From Octopus sinensis (lineage: Eukaryota): a stretch of DNA of 43,767 bases. Made by a program: the position numbers and the translations under genes. Location of the stretch: assembly GCF_006345805.1 (NCBI RefSeq), contig NW_021835138.1, positions 1 to 43,767 of the forward strand, in the 5' to 3' direction. The number at the start of each line of letters is the position of its first letter. Positions within the stretch are counted from its first letter, which is position 1. Below, piece after piece: positions 10,401 through 23,528 of the stretch. The notes under the pieces were generated by a model. It ran no database searches. It was not told the DNA's origin and worked only from the letters and a program-made list of their open reading frames with translations.

Positions 10401-12971
10401 CCTGGTGCAGCCATCTGGTTTGCCAGCCCTCAGTCAAATCGTCCAACCCATGCTAGCATGGAAAGCAGACGTTAAATGATGATGATGATAGGTTTTAAAA
10501 AACTCTTTAGATGTAGACATAAATATATTAAAACCTACATGTATGCGTAAATATATTGAAGAAGTTTTGAAGTAGTGATGAGAGCGAAATAAAAGATTCA
10601 AGGAGGAAAGAAATTAAAAGTGAGGATAGATAAAATAGGGTACCAGTGGCCATTTCTAGAGGTTAATTGCCGGTAAAAATAAGGGGATATAATACCCATT
10701 ATTTAGGAATTGCTGCTCCTTCAGGGTTACAGGTTTTACAATTGCATGTTGACATATGTATGTATATATATATATATATGCACACATATATATATATGGA
10801 CATATATAATCAAAATAAGCAACAAGGATATCCAGAGGTAATGCACTATGATCGTTTCACACAACTCCATTTAATTGAACAATGCAATCATTACATCAAT
10901 TTAGGATTGCTCTGCATTGTTCAATTAAATGGAGTTGCATGAAACGATTGTACTGCATTACCTCTGGATATCCTTGTTGCTTATTTTGATTCTAATCACC
11001 TTAATGGATCAGTTGTTTTGACATTTCATTTCAGAGGATATTTTTTTATTTCCCTTTTTTAATTATATACACTGTCTTAATTGCAAAAAAAAGTTTTTTA
11101 TCTTGTTTCCTTTATCTTTTTATTATTTGGATTTAAACGAGTTAACTTGGACATTGAAAAAATACATATAACTTAATTATCTTTGATTTTTTTATAAGAT
11201 GTATTGCTTTTAAATCAAAGGAAAGTTTTTTAAAAATGAGACAGTTTATTTAGAATGATAATTTTTAAAACAAGGAGTTACACACAAAGTTATCTTACAG
11301 ACATCACACATGTATCTGCTTTCTCTTCGAATCGGACGAGCAATTGATTTCGTGTCATGCACGTGCATCTATCTAATTATCTTCTTTGTTGTCTTCTGAA
11401 AAATTGTCAGAGTCTGAACTACACATGTCTAATTCATCCCCAGAGTTTTCCAGATCGTGAAATGAAAAATCGCATTCGTGATTACTGAATATATCTAAAT
11501 CTTCATTTTGAGAAAAAAAATGCGTAAATAATTCTCTTATTTGTATAAATAATAGAGAATCAAAACGAGACGGTTCTAAAATGGCATCAACCTTCTCCTG
11601 AATCTGAGAATGCACTGAAGTAAAAGTTCAAAACTCCGAAGCATAAATTCTTTGAAATGGCGCCAGAATATGTGCTGCCAGGCACGTAAATTTGTGATTA
11701 CTCAAAAATGAAACGATACAAAACAAACTCGTTTGAGTGCTAAAATTAAAAATTAATTTTGACCGAGTATACTCGTCTGGTTCTAAAAAGATACATTTGC
11801 GATGCACAAGTAAACTCGGGATAATCCATTTAGGGCTTAGGATCTTTTCCATTTGACCGGCAGTTTTTAAAAATAATTTCTAGTTAACTAAACACTTTCA
11901 AACTTCGTATTCTGGTAGAATGTGTTTATAAAACATCTTTTTCTCTTGGCTTTATTGAGAAAATTCTATAGTTTGTTAGATATTTGTTGTTTTTTTTCTT
12001 CAATTTCTGAAATTTCAACCAATCAATGATGTCTGTTGAAGGTGAAAACATTCTATGCCGTATGAATATGTCCCTTGTTTAAGAAACAGATTGGGTTTAT
12101 TTACATTTCTGGAGAAAAAAAAGATACCCTTCCCCCACCCCTAACCCTAAAACAGATTGAAATGCAATAGATCGATACTAGGGTCATAATTATGGGTTAC
12201 AATTTCATATGACAGCGCTAGAAAAAACTGCCGGTCAAACCAAAGAGATCCAGGGGTTAAATATATCTATATATAATCAGAAAATAGAGAAAATTTTTGA
12301 TCAACAAACAAATTGACCAACATCGGTTGATTATTTTTTACCACAAAACATAACGTAACATGTCTTACGGATATTTCTGCTTTTATGTCATGTTTTCTAT
12401 TGGAAAATAATCAACCGATGTTGGTGAATTTGTTGATCAAAAGTTTTCTCCATTTTCTGGTTATTTAAATTTGATTCTGGATAAACTTTTGTTTATTCTG
12501 TTATTACCTGTACCCTATGAGCATAGTGTGCTTGCATACCCATGCCCAGAGATAGCACAGGTAATTGATACTAATTCCAACCACTAACTCTGCTCACTTA
12601 TATATATTTATTGCCACTAAACAATCAAATTGTAACTGATCTAACGAGCTCCATGTCACTTGGTCTTAAGGGCGATGAATTGATTACTAATGTAAATGTT
12701 TTTACCTATGTGTATACATGTATTTACATGTGTTTATGTGTATACATATGTATGTGTATATGTAATATTCAGGTGTGTGTAGAGTATGTATGTATGTATA
12801 TATATATATATGGTTGTGTGGTAAGTAGCTTGCTAACCAACCACATGGTTCCGGGTTCAGTCCCACTGCATGGCATCTTGGGCAAGTGTCTTCTACTATA
12901 GCCTCGGGCCGACCAAAGCCTTGTGAGTGGATTTGGTAGACGGAAACTGAAAGAAGCCCATTATATATATG

Positions 12972-13002
<31 letters not shown>

Positions 13003-13203
13003 TTGTGTGTCTGTGTTTGTCCCGCCCAACGTTGCTTGACAACCGATGCTGGTGTGTTTATGTCCCTGTTACTTAGCGGTTCGGCAAAAGAGACCGATAG
13101 AATAAGTACTGGGCTTACAAAGAATAAGTCCCGGGGTCGATTTGCTCGACTAAAGGCGGTGCTCCAGCATGGCCGCAGTCAAATGACTGAAACAAGTAAA
13201 AGA

Positions 13204-13236
<33 letters not shown>

Positions 13237-15104
13237 GCTAGCATGCAAAGCGGATGTCAATTGATGATGATATATATATATATATCAAAAAATCAAAATA
13301 GATGAACATCAATGGAATTTGTATCTTTGTGGTACCAGTGCCGGTGGCACACAAGAAAACCATCCGAACGTGGCCGTAGCCAGTACCGCATCAACTGGCC
13401 TCCGTGCTGTGGGCACGTAACAAACACCATCCGATCGTGGCCGTTCGCCAGCCTCATCTGGCACTTGTGTCGGTGGCACATAAAAACACCATCCGAGCGT
13501 GGTCGTCTGCCAGCCTCGTCTGGCACCTGTGTCGGTGGCACATAAAAAACACCATCCGAGCGTGGCCGTTCGCCAGCCTCGTCTGGCACCTGTGTCGGTG
13601 GCACATAAAATCACCCACTACACTCTCGGAGTGGTTGGCGTTAGGAAGGGCATCCAGCTGTAGAAACACTGCCAGATCTGACTGGCCTGGTGCAGCCTTC
13701 GGGCTCCCCAGACCCCAGTTGAACCGTCCAACCCATGCTAGCATGGAAAGCGGACGTTAAATGATGATGATATATATATATATATATATATGTATGTATA
13801 TCTGTAGCGATGACAGGCATTGCTCTCCCAGTCGGTCGCCTGCATATCACAATCCTTAAATTGCAGGCTTGGTTTCTGCCGGGTTCTCTTTCCATTAACA
13901 AGTTCCCCATATAGCATCTGTTTAGGGGTCCTGCTATCCTTCATTCTAATAAGGTGTCCACTCTAACGTCACCGGTGCTTGTACACCATCACCCCAATAC
14001 TCAAGATATCAGCTGTCCTCAGGACCTGTGTGTCTGGAGTTTTTAAGGTCCAACCAATATTCAGAATATGTCTCAAACATCTCTGATGAAAGCATTCAAG
14101 GACCCTTACATGACGTTTGTAAAGGGTCCATGTCTCACATGAGTAAAAGAGCAATGTCAGTAGACATGCACAGTACACAGCAATTTTTGTTTGCCTTGTG
14201 ATGCCATGCTGGGGCCAGACATGAGACAGAAGAGACCGGAAGGAATCAGTTGCTCTCTGCAGCCTGAAAGATATTTCCTCATCCAGGGAGCAAGAACGGC
14301 TGAGTGTGCTGCCCAGGTAGACCCAAACATGTCTACCACCTTCAGAATTGTTCCTTCAACCAAGATAGCTGGTTCTATATATGGAATTCCTGGTGCAGGC
14401 TGGAACATTACAACAGTCTTGTCCAGGCTAATGCTGAGTCCAAATGCCTTGCAAGAAGCAGAAATACGGTTCATAAGTATTTGCATGTCATCCACTGTAT
14501 GAATGACGAAGTCACAGATGGAGGAAGAAGGTTAAAGAAAGGGTTAGCGCCTTTGAAAGAGCATGTATTCTTCTTCATGAAGAATTTAAGCTTGCTGCTC
14601 AGAAGTTAGAGCAGTGAATGGGGAAAGCTTGATTTGCAATGTTTGCAGTTGTGCCTGCTTGTCGGGATTAGGGTTCATTGGCTACCAACGGAGCCGCAAA
14701 TGCAAAATATTCATTCTAGAGCACACACTGTTTCTAAAGGTCAGTACTTCCTCAGTCACAAGTGGATGGCCATCATGTGTATCTGAACGTGGCCAATGCA
14801 GTGCTGCCTTGACTGGCTTCCATGCCTGTGGCACATAAAAAGCACCAACTGACCAACTGATTGTGGCTGTTGCCAGCCTCCTCTGGCCCCTGTGCCGGTG
14901 GCCTGTAAAAAGCACCCACTACACTCACGGAGTGGTTGGCATTAGGAAGGGCATCCAACCGAAGAAACACTGGTATCTCTGACTGGAGCCTGGTGCAGCC
15001 TCCTGGCTTCCCAGACCCCGGTCGAACTGTCCAGCCCATGCAAGCATGGGAAACGGACATTAAACGATGATGATGACATACATACATGTATGCATTTATA
15101 TATA

Positions 15105-15156
<52 letters not shown>

Positions 15157-17441
15157 ATCTGTAGCGATGACAGGCATTGCTCTCCCAGTCGGTCGCCTGC
15201 ATATCACAATCCTTAAATTGCAGGCTTGGTTTCTGCCGGGTTCTCTTTCCATTCACATGTTCCCCATATAGCATCTGTTTAGGGGTCCTGCTATCCTTCA
15301 TTCTAATAAGGTGTCCACTCTAACGTCACCGGTGCTTGTACACCATCACCCCAATACTCAAGATATCAGCTGTCCTCAGGACCTGTGTGTCTGGAGTTTT
15401 TAAGGGCCAACCAATATTCAGAATATGTCTCAAACATCTCAAGGACCCTTACATGACGTTTGTAAAGGGTCCATGTCTCACATGAGTAAAAGAGCAATGT
15501 CAGTAGACATGCACAGTACACAGCAATTTTTGTTTGCCTTGTGATGCCATGCTGGGGCCAGACATGAGACAGAAGAGACCGGAAGGAATCAGTTGCTCTC
15601 TGCAGCCTGAAAGATATTTCCTCATCCAGGGAGCAAGAACGGCTGTGTGTGCTGCCCAGGTAGACCCAAACATGTCTACCACCTTCAGAATTGTTCCTTC
15701 AACCAAGATAGCTGGTTCCACATATGGAATTCCTGGTGCAGGCTGGAACATTACAACAGTCTTGTCCAGGCTAATGCTGAGTCCAAATGCCTTGCAAGAA
15801 GCAGAAATACGGTTCATAAGTATTTGCATGTCATCCACTGTATGAATGACGAAGTCACAGATGGAGGAAGAAGGTTAAAGAAAGGGTTAGCGCCTTTGAA
15901 AGAGCATGTATTCTTCTTCATGAAGAATTTAAGCTTGCTGCTCAGAAGTTAGAGCAGTGAATGGGGAAAGCTTGATTTGCAATGTTTGCAGTTGTGCCTG
16001 CTTGTCGGGATTAGGGTTCATTGGCTACCAACGGAGCCGCAAATGCAAAATATTCATTCTAGAGCACACACTGTTTCTAAAGGTCAGTACTTCCTCAGTC
16101 ACAAGTGGATGGCCATCATGTGTATCTGAACGTGGCCAATGCAGTGCTGCCTTGACTGGCTTCCATGCCTGTGGCACATAAAAAGCACCAACCGACCAAC
16201 TGATTGTGGCTGTTGCCAGCCTCCTCTGGCCCCTGTGCCGGTGGCCTGTAAAAAGCACCCACCACACTCACGGAGTGGTTGGCATTAGGAAGGGTATCCA
16301 ACCGAAGAAACACTGGTATCTCTGACTGGAGCCTGGTGCAGCCTCCTGGCTTCCCAGACCCCGGTCGAACTGTCCAGCCCATGCAAGCATGGGAAACGGA
16401 CATTAAACGATGATGATGACATACATACATGTATGCATTTATATATATATATATATATATACATGTACGTATTTTTATGTGTATTTTTACGTATGCGCTG
16501 TGCATGTGTATGTGTCCATTTCTGTGTGTGAGAATGCTTAAACATATTTGTGCATGAAAAGTTTCTATTAACAGGAATACTAATAAACGCTCTTACATAT
16601 ATGTACGTGTATGCACACATATGTATGTGCATGAGTATAAATGTAAATATATGCGATGATATATATTGTGTATACATGATGATGATGTGTATGTATATGC
16701 ATCTAAATGCATGGAACTAATTATGAATGTCCCTGTGTGTGTGCATATATGTATGTATGTTTATATATATATGTGTGTATATATATGTATAGGTATTTTT
16801 ATATGTATGTATACTGAATTAACAGATGAGTGTAGGAAGCAAATATACGTATATTTTTATATATAGAGATAAGTTTTTCTCTCTTTTTATGTATAACCTA
16901 ACTTCAATATCTCTATTTTCTTATTACTTATATATCATCATCATCATCATCGTTTAACGTCCGCTTTCCGCGCTAGCACAGGTTTGACGGTTCGACCGGG
17001 GTCTGGGAAGCCAGGGTGCTGCACCAGGCTCCAGTCTGATCTGGCAGAGTTTCTACAGCTGGATGCCCTTCCTAACGCCAACCACTCCACGAGTTTGGTG
17101 GGTGCTTTTTACGTGCCACCTGCACTGGTGCCAGGGGAGTCCGGCATTGGCCACGATCGTTTGGTGCTTTTAACGTGCCACCGGCATGGAGGCCAGCCAA
17201 GGTGGCGCTGGCATCGGCCACGTTCGGATGGTGTTTTTTATGTGCCACCGACACTGGAGCTAGTCAAGGCGGCGCTGGCATCGGCCACGTTCGGATGGTG
17301 CTTTTTATGTGCCACCGGCACAGAAGCCAGTCGAGGCGGCACTGGCAACGGCCATGTTCGGATGGTGCTTTTTATGTGCCACCGGAACAGGTATCACAAC
17401 TACTATTTCCATTGATATTTATTTCGATGTTCATGTACATG

Positions 17442-17476
<35 letters not shown>

Positions 17477-17814
17477 AAGTACGTTAACACCAACATCAAA
17501 ATGAAAATCAAATGGAAAGTGTAGTTGTGCTGGTGACATGTAAAAAGCACCATCCGAATGTGGCAGATGCCAGTACCGCCTGACTGGCGTCCGTGTCGGT
17601 GACACGTAAAAGCATCAACCAATTGTGGCGGTTTGCCAGCCTCGCCTGGCACCTGGAGTGGTTGGCATTAGGAAGGGCATCCAGCTGTAGAAACACTGCC
17701 AGATTAGACTGGAGCCTGGTGCGGCCTCCTGGCTTCTCAGACCCCGGTCGAACTGTCCAACCCATGCTAGCATGGAAAACGGACATTAAACGATGATGAT
17801 GATATGTATATATC

Positions 17815-17845
<31 letters not shown>

Positions 17846-20800
17846 TTTATTAATAAAGGTGCAAAGACATCATAAAAACTGTTACTCAGAGTTTCATGTT
17901 CCCGTTAGTCTTACAAATTAGACCAGCCTGGAAAGTGGAAGTAAAACGATGATTGACATACGTGCTTGTGTGTGTAGTCATCTTTCCTGTCCATCTTTTC
18001 CTTTCACATCCCTCTTTTCTCACCCATGCACCTTCCCTACTATTTCTCTTCTCTCTCCCCTTTAATATTTTTCACGTGGCTTCTCTTTTCTTCACTTCAG
18101 ATTAACGAGACAAATTCATGGGGTCTGACATATTTGATGGTTGCCTCTCAACTGGGCAACACTGATTTTGTAAACTTCTTGATAGATTCTGGTGCTGATT
18201 TGGAAGTGAGGGACAAAGATGCTGATACGGCTTTACATTATGCTGTGTTTGGGTAAGTTAAGAATTACAGAAATAAAATCTTCACATCTGTTTTGTTTCT
18301 AAATTTCTTCCAATTCCAGACATCTTAAATGTCCAAAGATGCCATGGCAGTGGCAGGGTTACAGGATGATAAAAATGGTAACCAACAACATCTTTGCCTC
18401 AGTTTCTCCCTGAATCCTCTTCATTATTGAATCGTTAAACTTTTTTTGAGATTTGTTGTCAAAACAAATTACTGTTTGCTTCGGAGATATTATTTGAGAG
18501 TCAGCAGCTCTTGAGATTGATGCTGTGTCATTCATTCTCGGCTTTTAATATTGATTTTGGAAAAATTGATCAATTTTTCTCCAAATAATAATAATAATAA
18601 TAATAAAATTATTGTATACAGTGCTCAGGTGCAGCACAACTTGTCAGAAAGTGCATGCAGTAATGAACAAATGTCTGGAAAGTGAACATGCTTGTGTGAG
18701 TATGGAGGGGAGAAAATCAGGTGTAGTGTTGGCAAATCTCAGGAAGCATGGAAGTTTTGAAGGATGCAGTTCTCCGACAACCAGCAACTGATGCTGGCAG
18801 TTTGTTCCACGCTTCAGCAATTCTCAGCGTGAAAAAATGTTTCCTAAAGTCATGGGAGCTGTGCTGTTTTCTGACTTTGTAAATATGTCCACGGGTGTTA
18901 GATGGGTGGAGTTTGAAAAGGTGCTCAGTGTTATTGTTTGTGCGATGGTTGATAATTTTATGGGTGTCTGCCAGGTCAGCTGCCAGACGTCGGAGTTTCA
19001 ATGTGTCCATGCCCAGGGAAGTAAGGTGTTCAGGATATGGCAAATGCCTGATGGAGGGTATTCTTTTGGTTGCACGTCACTGAACAGCTTCCAGACAATT
19101 GATATCCTGGGCAAGATAGGGGTTCCAGACCGGTGATGCAAATTCCAGGTGAGGTCTTACCATAGCTATATAAAGCCGCAGATAGATAGCCGGAGAGCGG
19201 CTCACAAAGGATTTGGTGAGTGATGCCAAGACACCCTCAGCCTTCTTGACAATTTTGAATATTTCCTTTCAACTCTGAAATGAGAAGAAAGATTCTATAC
19301 TCTCTTTTACTCTCTCTTTTACTCTTTTACTTGTTTCAGTCATTTGACTGCGGTCATGCTAGAGCACCGCCTTTTAGTCGAGCAAATCGACCCCAGGACT
19401 TAATCTATAGGTTTCTTTTGCCGAACCGCTAAGTAACGGGGACATAAACACACCAGCATCGGTTGTCAAGCAATGCTAGGGGGACAAACGCATACACACA
19501 AACACACACATATACATACATATATATATATATACACACACACATATATACGACAGGCTTCTTTCAGTTTCCGTCTACCAAATCCACTCACAAGGCATTG
19601 GTTGGCCTGGGGGCTATAGTAGAAGACACTTGCTCAAGGTGCCACGCAGTGGGACTGAACCCGGAACCATGTGGTTGGTAAGCAAGCTACTTACCACACG
19701 GCCACTCCTGCGCCTATAATTTGTTCTGGCAGAAATAACAAACAGAGATTATGTTGCCCCTCCATCTCCAACATACTCAACACACATGTAGTTGTATTGT
19801 GACCTGAACTCTGCCTCTTCAGATCCTCTCTGGAAATTGAATCATTTTTTAAAGGGATTTTCTTATTTTTATAGCTTCCTCAGTCACAAATTTTTCTTGT
19901 CTTCTGCACACCCACATTTCAGTCTAAATTTGGTGGCAAATTTTCACCACTTCACCAGAAGACAACACTTTCAAATAAATCATCATCATCATCATCATTG
20001 TTTGATGCCCATCTTTCATGCATGGATGGGTAGGACAGTTGGCAGGAGTCAGCCAAGTAGAAAAAAAATCTATCCAATTGGCTTCCTTATGCCGATCACT
20101 CTGAGAGTGTAGTGGGTGCTTTTTATGTGCCACCAGAAGGGGAGCCAGTTAGGTGACACTGGCATCGACCCCATTTGAATGGTGCGTTTTATGTGCCTGT
20201 GACACTGGCATCAGTCATGCTTGAATGACAGTTTTTACATGCTGCCAGCACAAGTGGTACTGGCATCGGCCCCGACTATATTTCATTGGACTCATCAGGT
20301 CTCCTCAAGCACAGTATATTGCCTGACAATTGAAATGTACTTTAAAAGAGGACGGTTCTGTGGCACTGGTATCAGTCACTTGGCTTACCGGGTCTTCTCC
20401 AAAGGTCTCAGTTGCTTGTCATTGCCTCTGTGAGGCCCCAACATTTAAAGATCATGATATATATATATATATATATATAAGAGAAAGGGACAGGCAAAAC
20501 AGGTTGCTTGACCGCATACCGAAAATGCCCGGAGTCCAACTTTGATAGAAATAAGCATTCTTGACTGCTATTTCTATTTTTTCGGTATGCGGTCAAGCCT
20601 GTCCCTTTCTCTTATATACAATATATATACTGAACTTTACAGAAGTTCCTGCCGGTAATCGGCTATATTTACATACCGAATTCTACCAGTAAATAATTGG
20701 GGTTTTTTTAAAAGCCTTTATAGAAATTATTTACTCTTATCATTATATATATCATCATCATCATCATCATCATTTAGCGTCCGTTTTCCATGCTAGCATG

Positions 20801-23494
20801 GGTTGGACGGTTCAACTGGGGTCTGGGGAGCCCGAAGGCTGCACCAGGCCAGTCAGATCTGGCAGTGTTTCTACAGCTGGATGCCCTTCCTAACGCCAAC
20901 CACTCCGAGAGTGTAGTGGGTGATTTTATGTGCCACCGACACAGGTGCCAGACGAGGCTGGCGAACGGCCACGCTCGGATGGTGTTTTTATGTGCCACCG
21001 ACACAGGTGCCAGACGAGGCTGGCAGACGGCCACGCTCGGATGGTGTTTTTATGTGCCACCGACACAGGTGCCAGATGAGGCTGGCAGGTGCCAGACGAG
21101 GCTGGCAGACGGCCACGCTCGGATGGTGTTTTTATGTGCCACCGACACAGGTGCCAGATGAGGCTGGCGGACGGCCACGATCGGATGGTGTTTGTTACGT
21201 CCCCAAAGCACGTAGTCCAGTCTATGCGGTACTGGCTACGGCCACGTTCGGATGATTTTCTTGTGTGCCACCGGCACTGGTACCACAAGATACAAATTCC
21301 ATTATGTTCATCTATTTTGATTTGTTTTGATTTGATTTGATTTGATTTTCACTTGCCTCAACAGGTCTTCACAAGTGTCACTTGCCTCAACAGGTCTTCA
21401 CAAGTGTCACAAGAAGGAAGGTATGCACAGGTGGACTGTCTACGTCGCCGGGTCTTCGGATGGTGTCTTTATGTGCCACCGACACAGGTGCCAGATGTGG
21501 CTGGCGAACGGCCACGATCGGATGGTTTTCTTGTGTGCCACCGGTACTGGAACCACAAAGATACAAATTCCATTGATGTTCATCTATTTTGATTTGGTTT
21601 GATTTGATTTTCACTTGCCTCAACAGGTCTTCACAAGTGTCACGCGTGTCACACACTTGCCTCTGCCTCAACAGGTCTTCACAAAGTGTCACACACTTGC
21701 CTCTGCCTCAACAGGTCTTCACAAGTGTCATAAGAGGGAAGGTATGCACAGGTGGACTGACTACGTCGCCGGGTCTTCGGATGGTGTCTTTATGTGCCAC
21801 CGGCACAGGTGCCAGATGAGGCTGGCGAACGGCCACGATCGGATGGTGTTTGTTGTGCCCACAGCACGGAGGCCAGTCGATGCGGTACCAGCTACGGCCA
21901 CTTCGGATGGTTTTCTTGTGTGCCACCGGTACTGGAACCACAAAGATACAAATTCCATTGATATTCATCTATTTTGATTTGGTTTGATTTTCACTTGCCT
22001 CAACAGGTCTTCACAAGGGTCACACACTTGCCTCAACAGGTCTCCACAAGTGTCACACACTTGCCTCTGCCTCAACAGGTCTTCACAAGTGTCACACACT
22101 TGCCTCAACAGGTCTTCACAAGTGTCATAAGAGGGAAGGTATGCACAGGTGGACTGACTACGTCGCCGGGTCTTCGGATGGTGTCTTTATGTGCCACCGG
22201 CACAGGTGCCAGATGAGGCTGGCGAACGGCCACGATCGGATGGTGTTTGTTGTGCCCACAGCACGGAGGCCAGTCGATGCGGTACTGGTTACGGCCACGT
22301 TTGGGTGGTTTTCTTGTGTGCCACCGGCACTGGTACCACAAAGAATACAATTCCACTGATGTTCATCTATTTTGATTTGTTTTGATTTGATTTGATTTTC
22401 ACTTGCCTCAACAGGTCCTCATAAGTGTCACAAGAAGGAAGGTATGCACAGGACTGACTACGTCCCAGGTCGGGGCCACGGGTTATGGCCTGACTAGTCT
22501 TGCCGGGTCTTCTCATGCACAGCATACTTCCATAGGTCTCGGTCTCTAGACATTTCCTTAGTGAGACCTAAAGTTCGAAGGTCGTGCTTCACCACCTCGT
22601 CCCAGGTTTTCCTGGGTCTACCTCTTCCACAGGTTCCCTCCACTGCTAGGGTGTAGCACTTTTGCACACAACTATCTTCAGCCTTTCTTGTCACATGACC
22701 ATACCAGCGCAGCCGTCTCTCTTGCACGCCACAACTGACGCTTCTTAGGTTCAGCTTTTCTCTCAAGGAACTTACACTCTGACGATTATGAACACTGACA
22801 TTACACATCCATCGGAGCATACTGGCTTCATTTCTTGCGAGCTTACGCATATCCTCAGCAGTCACGGCCCATGTTTCACTACCATGTAGCATGGCTGTAC
22901 GTACACATGCATCATACAGTCTGCCTTTTACTCTGAGCGAGAGGCCTTTTGTCACCAGCAGGGGTAAGAGCTCTCTAAACTTTGCCCAGGCTATTCTTAC
23001 TCTAGCAGTTACACTTTCAGCACACCCACCCCCGCTACTGACTTGGTCTCCTAGGTAGCAGAAGCTATCAACTACTTCTAGTTTGTCTCCCTGGAACGTG
23101 GCAGAAGTTGGTCTCTGCATATTTCCAGTGTTTATTGCTCCTGAGCATTTGCCACAGACAAAAACTATTTTCCTAGTTAGCCTTCCTTTGACATTGCTGC
23201 ACCTCTTATGTGTCCATAGCTTACACTTGGTGCATCTTATAGAGTTTCTACCTACACCTTTTTTACAGATCGAGCAGGGCCATCTACCTGAAGGCGTTTG
23301 TGATTGATCTACCTTCCTACTTATTAGAACTTTGGTTTTGGCTAGGTTGATTCTAAGGCCCTTCGATTCTAATCCTTGTTTCCACACCTGGAACTTCTCC
23401 TCCAGTTCTGATAGTGACTCAGCAATTAGAGCAAGGTCATCAGCATAGAGGAGCTCCCAGGGGCAACCTGTCTTGAATTCCTCCGTTATTGCCT

Positions 23495-23528
<34 letters not shown>

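Larger units (their letters stand above)
13791..16460. repeat. ~1343-bp tandem duplication (two units) bounded by (TA)n tracts
   Basis: Paired ORFs are offset by exactly 1343 (14157/15500, 14614/15957). A 14-bp deletion and a few SNPs distinguish unit 2. Confidence 0.93.

Noticed and set aside
13293-13760. Overlapping ~100-aa ORFs with CHRHRCQ repeats (also 16984-17524, 20774-21288, 28934-29576)
   Set aside because: Stop-poor GC-rich 62-bp repeats of the LINE UTR, open in several frames on both strands.
20920-22400. Regular repeat array resembling CRISPR
   Set aside because: No unique spacers, eukaryotic context, and it lies within a LINE 3' UTR; it is a minisatellite.
22494-23387. 297-aa ORF as a host gene
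   Set aside because: C-terminal half of a 5'-truncated LINE RT with multiple decayed siblings in the window; its apparent start is an internal GTG.
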